DNA from: Desulfobulbaceae bacterium | GTDB lineage: Bacteria; Desulfobacterota; Desulfobulbia; Desulfobulbales; Desulfobulbaceae | Direction of reading: 5' to 3' | Assembly (NCBI GenBank): GCA_026990385.1 | Contig: JALXDL010000039.1 | Span: forward strand, 4,466-68,465 | DNA: 64,000 nucleotides | Shown here: positions 59,888-64,000 of the stretch, piece after piece | Numbering within the stretch: the stretch's first letter is position 1 | Layout of the letters: the number at the start of each line of letters is the position of its first letter | Made by a program: the position numbers and the translations under genes | Notes under the pieces: generated by a model | The model's database searches: none | Seen by the model: the letters and a program-made list of their open reading frames with translations, nothing else | Told to the model about the DNA's origin: nothing

Positions 59888-60772
59888 ATGACAGAACCAT
59901 ATGCAGGGCGCCGTGCGGGACGGCTGCCCCGTGTTGTCAGAGCCTGGCCGGGAGCCGTCCTCCTCCTGGCCGTCCTATCGACACAGGTCCTCGCCGTCCC
60001 GGTACAGGACGATCTGAAGCTTGGCGTCGTGCCCTACAAGAGTCCGCGTTCCATTGTCCGCCTCTATTCCTCCCTGGCGGCGCACCTCTCGCGCGCCCTG
60101 GGCAGGAACGTCCGGGTGGTGACCACCAACAGCTTCAACGAATACCTGCAGCGGATCTACAGGCGGCAGTACGATATCATCGTGCTCGGCTCCACCTTCT
60201 ATTTCAAGGCCCATGACCGGGCAGGCTACCAGGCCGTGGCCAGGGGCTATCCCTCGTTTCGCTGCGGCATCATCGTCAGGCGGGACAGCGGCATCACCGA
60301 GGTCGGCCAGTTGCGGGGACGGCGGATGGCGGCTGTCGACATCATGGACCGGGGCGGCTACAAGCTGCAGGTCAGGGCGCTCAAGGCCAGCGGCATCGAC
60401 CCGGACAGCGATATCATCTTCCATTTCCGGGGCCGGCACGACTCGGTGATCTACTCCGTGCTCAGCGGCCAGGATGATGCCGGTGCCATCCGGCTCGATG
60501 CCCTGCAGAGAAAAGAATTCGACAATGTGCTCGACAAGCTGCGGATCATCTATGTCTCACCGGAAAACCCGCAGTTTCCCTTTGCTGTCCGGCCGGACAT
60601 GGCTCCGGAGCTGAAGGAAAAGATCGGCGCCGCCCTGGCCGCCATCACCATGGCCGGGCCGGAAACGGCGGCCATTCTCAAGAAGTTGCATCTGCAGGGA
60701 ATCGAGCGGATCTCTGATACGGAGATGGAGGAGCTGCGCAGGCGCAGACAGGCGGAGGAGGCCGGGAGGTGA
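59888..60772 (+). CDS. PhnD/SsuA-fold periplasmic solute-binding protein
   Basis: Signal peptide; LGVVPYKSP, G..HDSVIYSVLSGQDDAG and SPENPQFPFAVR; GTGA overlap with the kinase gene. Confidence 0.85.
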   Translation: MTEPYAGRRAGRLPRVVRAWPGAVLLLAVLSTQVLAVPVQDDLKLGVVPYKSPRSIVRLYSSLAAHLSRALGRNVRVVTTNSFNEYLQRIYRRQYDIIVLGSTFYFKAHDRAGYQAVARGYPSFRCGIIVRRDSGITEVGQLRGRRMAAVDIMDRGGYKLQVRALKASGIDPDSDIIFHFRGRHDSVIYSVLSGQDDAGAIRLDALQRKEFDNVLDKLRIIYVSPENPQFPFAVRPDMAPELKEKIGAALAAITMAGPETAAILKKLHLQGIERISDTEMEELRRRRQAEEAGR

Positions 60773-62574
60773 ACAGGGTTCGGTTTGCCATTCCCGCGTT
60801 GCGGACCGTCCTTGTCCTGGCGGTTTCCCTGATCACCCTGATCATCATTGTCACCTTTATCTCCTTCAATACCAGGCAGTTCAGGCAGGAGGCCCTGACG
60901 CATCTGCATCATTACGCAGCCACCGTGACCCGGGATATCGCCTCTGCTGTCTCCGACTATATCATCACCGAGAACTACGCCTCCCTCCAGGACACGATTT
61001 TTTCCTTTCGCAGGCGGGCCCACATCCTGGCGATCACTGTTGCCGGTCCCGACGGCATCGTGATCGCCGACACCAGGCCCGAACGGCTGGGCGGTCACCT
61101 GGACCGGATCGACCGTCTCCGCACGGGGAACGAACCACAGATCCTGGGGATCGATTTTAACAGGTGGCAGGTGGATAACGTGCAGCCCATCCGAATCGGC
61201 GATGCGGTCATCGGCTACTGCCGGGTCGTTCTCGACATCTCCTATATTCATGACGGTATCGATACCATCCAGCAGAAGTCGCTTGCCTTCGGCGTCCTGG
61301 TCCTCCTTGTGCTCTGGGCCCTGGTCATTGGCTTTTCCCTGTTCATCACCCGGCCCATCGAGGAGATGATCAAGGTGGCGGCCCGGGTGGGAAGAGGCGA
61401 TTTCGAGCAGCAGGTGGAGGTCAAGGGGGTACGGGAGATCCGCTTGCTGGCCGAGACATTCAACCTGATGACCGGGGCCATCCGGGAGCGCGAGGCGCGG
61501 CTGCGCAATATCCTCGACTCCATACCCGATGCCGTTTTCCATGCCGACCGCAACAAGCGGGTTCTGTGGGCCAACAAGACCGTGCGGAACCGGCACGGGG
61601 TATCCCTGGGCGAGCCCTGCTACAAGGTACTCTGGGGGCGGAAGACGGAATGCGAGTCCTGCTGTTGTCAGGATGCCCTGACCAGCAAGCAACGGGTCCT
61701 GACTACCTGCCAGATCTCCTGCGGCCCCGAGGGCTCGGATCTCTACCTGGATATCGCCGCTGTGCCCCTGTCCGATTCCCTGGGCAGGAGCGGTGGCTTT
61801 GTCGTCATTGCCCGCGATATCACCGAGATGGTCAAGGCGGACCGTGAACGGGCCGAGCTGGAGGCCCAGCTCCGGCATGCCCAGAAGATGGAGGCCATGG
61901 GCGAGCTCTCCGCATCCATTGCCCACGAGTTCGGCAATCCCCTGCTCGGGGTCAGGTTCCTTCTCCGGCACCTGCAGGACAATGCCGACCTTGCCGGGGA
62001 GGACCAGAGCCTCCTGGCCGTGGGCCTGGACGAGGTCGAGAGGATGCAGGCCCTGATCCGTGATCTGAAGTCCTTCTACCAGCCCTCGTCCGGTCAGAGG
62101 ATTCCCACCGATATCCATCACCGCATTGACAATATCCTCCTCTTCCACCAGAATTATTTCAAGATCCACCGGGTGACGGTGGAAAAGCGCTATGCCGACT
62201 CCCTGCCCGAGGTCATGGTGGTGCAGGACCAGATCACCCAGGTCTTCATCAACCTGCTGGTCAACGCGGTGGAGGCAGTGCCCCAGGAGGGAGGCACCGT
62301 GACCATCACCACCGCCTGCCACGGCGACACGGTCTCCATCGCCTTTCACGACACCGGGGTCGGTATCAGCGCCAAGGACCAGAAGAAGATCTTCAAACCC
62401 TTTTTCTCCACCAAGCCGGACGTGGAGGGCACCGGCCTCGGACTGTCGGTTTCCTACGGAATCGTCCGCAGCCATGGCGGCGATCTGCGGGTATCCTCCT
62501 CGCCGGGTGAGGGAACAACCTTCACCGTTATCCTTCCCCTGGGTGACGACACTGATCCATCCTCACCTGCCTGA
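60769..62574 (+). CDS. Membrane sensor histidine kinase (periplasmic domain-HAMP-PAS-HisKA-HATPase)
   Basis: Two TM helices; ITRPI..HAMP; ILDSIPD PAS; AHEFGNPL; FSTKPDVEGTGLGL. Confidence 0.92.
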   Translation: MNRVRFAIPALRTVLVLAVSLITLIIIVTFISFNTRQFRQEALTHLHHYAATVTRDIASAVSDYIITENYASLQDTIFSFRRRAHILAITVAGPDGIVIADTRPERLGGHLDRIDRLRTGNEPQILGIDFNRWQVDNVQPIRIGDAVIGYCRVVLDISYIHDGIDTIQQKSLAFGVLVLLVLWALVIGFSLFITRPIEEMIKVAARVGRGDFEQQVEVKGVREIRLLAETFNLMTGAIREREARLRNILDSIPDAVFHADRNKRVLWANKTVRNRHGVSLGEPCYKVLWGRKTECESCCCQDALTSKQRVLTTCQISCGPEGSDLYLDIAAVPLSDSLGRSGGFVVIARDITEMVKADRERAELEAQLRHAQKMEAMGELSASIAHEFGNPLLGVRFLLRHLQDNADLAGEDQSLLAVGLDEVERMQALIRDLKSFYQPSSGQRIPTDIHHRIDNILLFHQNYFKIHRVTVEKRYADSLPEVMVVQDQITQVFINLLVNAVEAVPQEGGTVTITTACHGDTVSIAFHDTGVGISAKDQKKIFKPFFSTKPDVEGTGLGLSVSYGIVRSHGGDLRVSSSPGEGTTFTVILPLGDDTDPSSPA

Positions 62575-62592
62575 ACAGCTCCTGTCCGAACC

Positions 62593-62843
62593 GGATATCC
62601 CGTGATCGGTTGCGTTCCTGCCGGCAGGGCCTGCGGCAGGGGACACCGTCCTTTCGATGATCCCACGTGATGGCCGGAGGGCGGCCAGAACCGATAAATT
62701 TTTTTTCTCCTTCAATTGCAGGGAAAAACACGATTTAATGAGATTGAGACCTGAATTGCGCGTTGCGCCCGTCTGCAGCACCTTGCCGTGCTGCTTATGG
62801 AATTTTTTTATCGTTTGCAGATGGTTGAAACGCTCCATTCAGG
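62593..62843. repeat. Partial module A followed by an inverted pair of B modules
   Basis: A on minus strand at 62593-62611 (AACCGATCACGGGATATCC); B on plus strand at 62750-62779; B on minus strand at 62814-62843. Confidence 0.8.
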
Positions 62844-62921
62844 TGAGAGATATTTGCCGCAGCCGTCCCGGCCGGGAGACGGTTGCCGGCGTGATGTGAC
62901 TGTGTTGCGGAGGAAAAATGC

Positions 62922-64000
62922 ATGCCCATGTCAGGTGAGAGTTCCATATTGATCGCTATCGTGGCCGCCCTGTTTGCCGTGGTGGTCATCGTGGTACTGT
63001 TCAGGCTGCTGCGCGGGGGCAGGAGCCGGGTGGAAGAGGGGAGTGAACCGGTCGGCGGCGAGACCGCGGAGCCGGTCGGCACCGCGGCCGGAGAAGCGGC
63101 ACCGGCGGAGAGCGGGGATGCCGGGCAGGATGAGGAAGCAGTGCCGGGGCCGGCCGCGGAAGAGCAGCCTGCTGCCGGGCCGGAGCCGGCTGGCGAAGCG
63201 GAGCCGGCCGGGGAGACCGGGCCGGTCGTTGAGTCCGGGCAGGCTGCTGAATCCGAACCGGTTGCCGGGCCGGAACCTGGTGCGGTGCCGGAGGCCGCGG
63301 CCCGGGCGGGTGCCGGCGGAGAACCCGGGCCAGGAGAGACGGTATCTCCGCCGACAGAGCCGGCTCCGCAGGCCTGGCAGAGCAGTGACTACCTGGCGGC
63401 TCTGCAGCGGCGCAAGGATGGCTTGCGGGCCGAGCTGGCCGAGGTCCTGGCCCGCCGGGACAACGAGGGCCGGTCGCTCATGGAGATCGAGTTGCGGGCC
63501 GTCACCGGCAGGCTGGTCCGGGGTGAACAGGGATTTGCCGAGTTCAGCGCCTGGTGCGCCACCGCGGCCGACAGCCTGGAGGCGGCGGCCGCGGATAGGG
63601 AGCTCCCCGGTCAGGCCCGGGCCGTGGCCCTGCTTCGTGCCGCAGACCTGGAGGGGGCCGAGCAGGCCCTGCTCGACCTGGCCAAAGATTCTCCCCTGGC
63701 CGCGACAGCCGGCCATTACGCCGGCCGCCTGGCCGAGGAACGGGCCGATTTCGATGCAGCCCTGGCCCGGTATCAGCAGGCCATTGAACTGGAGGGCGAA
63801 AATCCGGTCTTTCTCCAGGCCGCGGCCGGCCTGGCCCGGGAGCTGGGCCGGTTCGACGAGGCCCGTGACTGGCTTGAGCGGTTCTTCGAGCTGCCCGAGG
63901 ACGTCGGGACTTCGGAGCTCCGCGCCCTGGCCCGGCACGACCTGGGCGTGGTCTATGCCCGCGATGGCCAGTACGGCGAGGCAGTGGAACTGTACCGCGA
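62922..64000 (+). CDS. Membrane-anchored TPR protein with an acidic P/A/E/G linker (3' truncated by the window edge)
   Basis: Not in the ORF track; read by hand from the ATG at 62922 (GGAGG RBS): MPMSGESSILIAIVAALFAVVVIVVLF..., EPAGE-rich linker, then AALARYQQAIELEGENP and LGVVYARDGQYGEAVELY TPR-like repeats; no stop seen before 64000. Confidence 0.85.
   Translation, partial: MPMSGESSILIAIVAALFAVVVIVVLFRLLRGGRSRVEEGSEPVGGETAEPVGTAAGEAAPAESGDAGQDEEAVPGPAAEEQPAAGPEPAGEAEPAGETGPVVESGQAAESEPVAGPEPGAVPEAAARAGAGGEPGPGETVSPPTEPAPQAWQSSDYLAALQRRKDGLRAELAEVLARRDNEGRSLMEIELRAVTGRLVRGEQGFAEFSAWCATAADSLEAAAADRELPGQARAVALLRAADLEGAEQALLDLAKDSPLAATAGHYAGRLAEERADFDAALARYQQAIELEGENPVFLQAAAGLARELGRFDEARDWLERFFELPEDVGTSELRALARHDLGVVYARDGQYGEAVELYR

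Overview
GC-rich 64-kb chromosomal window, most likely from a Desulfobacterota/Desulfobulbales-type bacterium (inference from gene content and the conserved DUF1844-ispE-tRNA-Gln-prs-rplY-pth-carD and rho-rpmE-prfA-prmC-murA orders). From left to right it holds: a 6-heme NapC/NrfH-like cytochrome converging on a TorD-PsrA/PhsA-PsrB-like molybdoenzyme operon that has no NrfD anchor; mgtE, an HtrA protease, an SH3 protein, a CNNM protein, pepA and fbp; a TRAP system interrupted by an MltF-like gene, then an MFS transporter; a secreted heptad-repeat protein; a complete cbb3 oxidase locus in which a CcoP-type heme domain is fused to CcoO; a roadblock/LC7 signalling module (ParA-roadblock fusion, Cys-motif V4R-like protein, REC-DUF4388-roadblock fusion with an internal RBS, GAF-PAS kinase) with no MglA GTPase; housekeeping genes; pilSR-like genes; tatC frameshifted at a T9 run; fba; a PhnD-like protein coupled to a kinase; and a truncated TPR protein. 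Most long intergenic gaps carry copies of a modular family of 20-150 bp repeats (modules A-D), some forming hairpins, that resemble REP/BIME/MITE elements. No CRISPR array, rRNA or transposase was seen. The strongest candidates for undescribed systems are the roadblock/ParA module and the modular repeat family.
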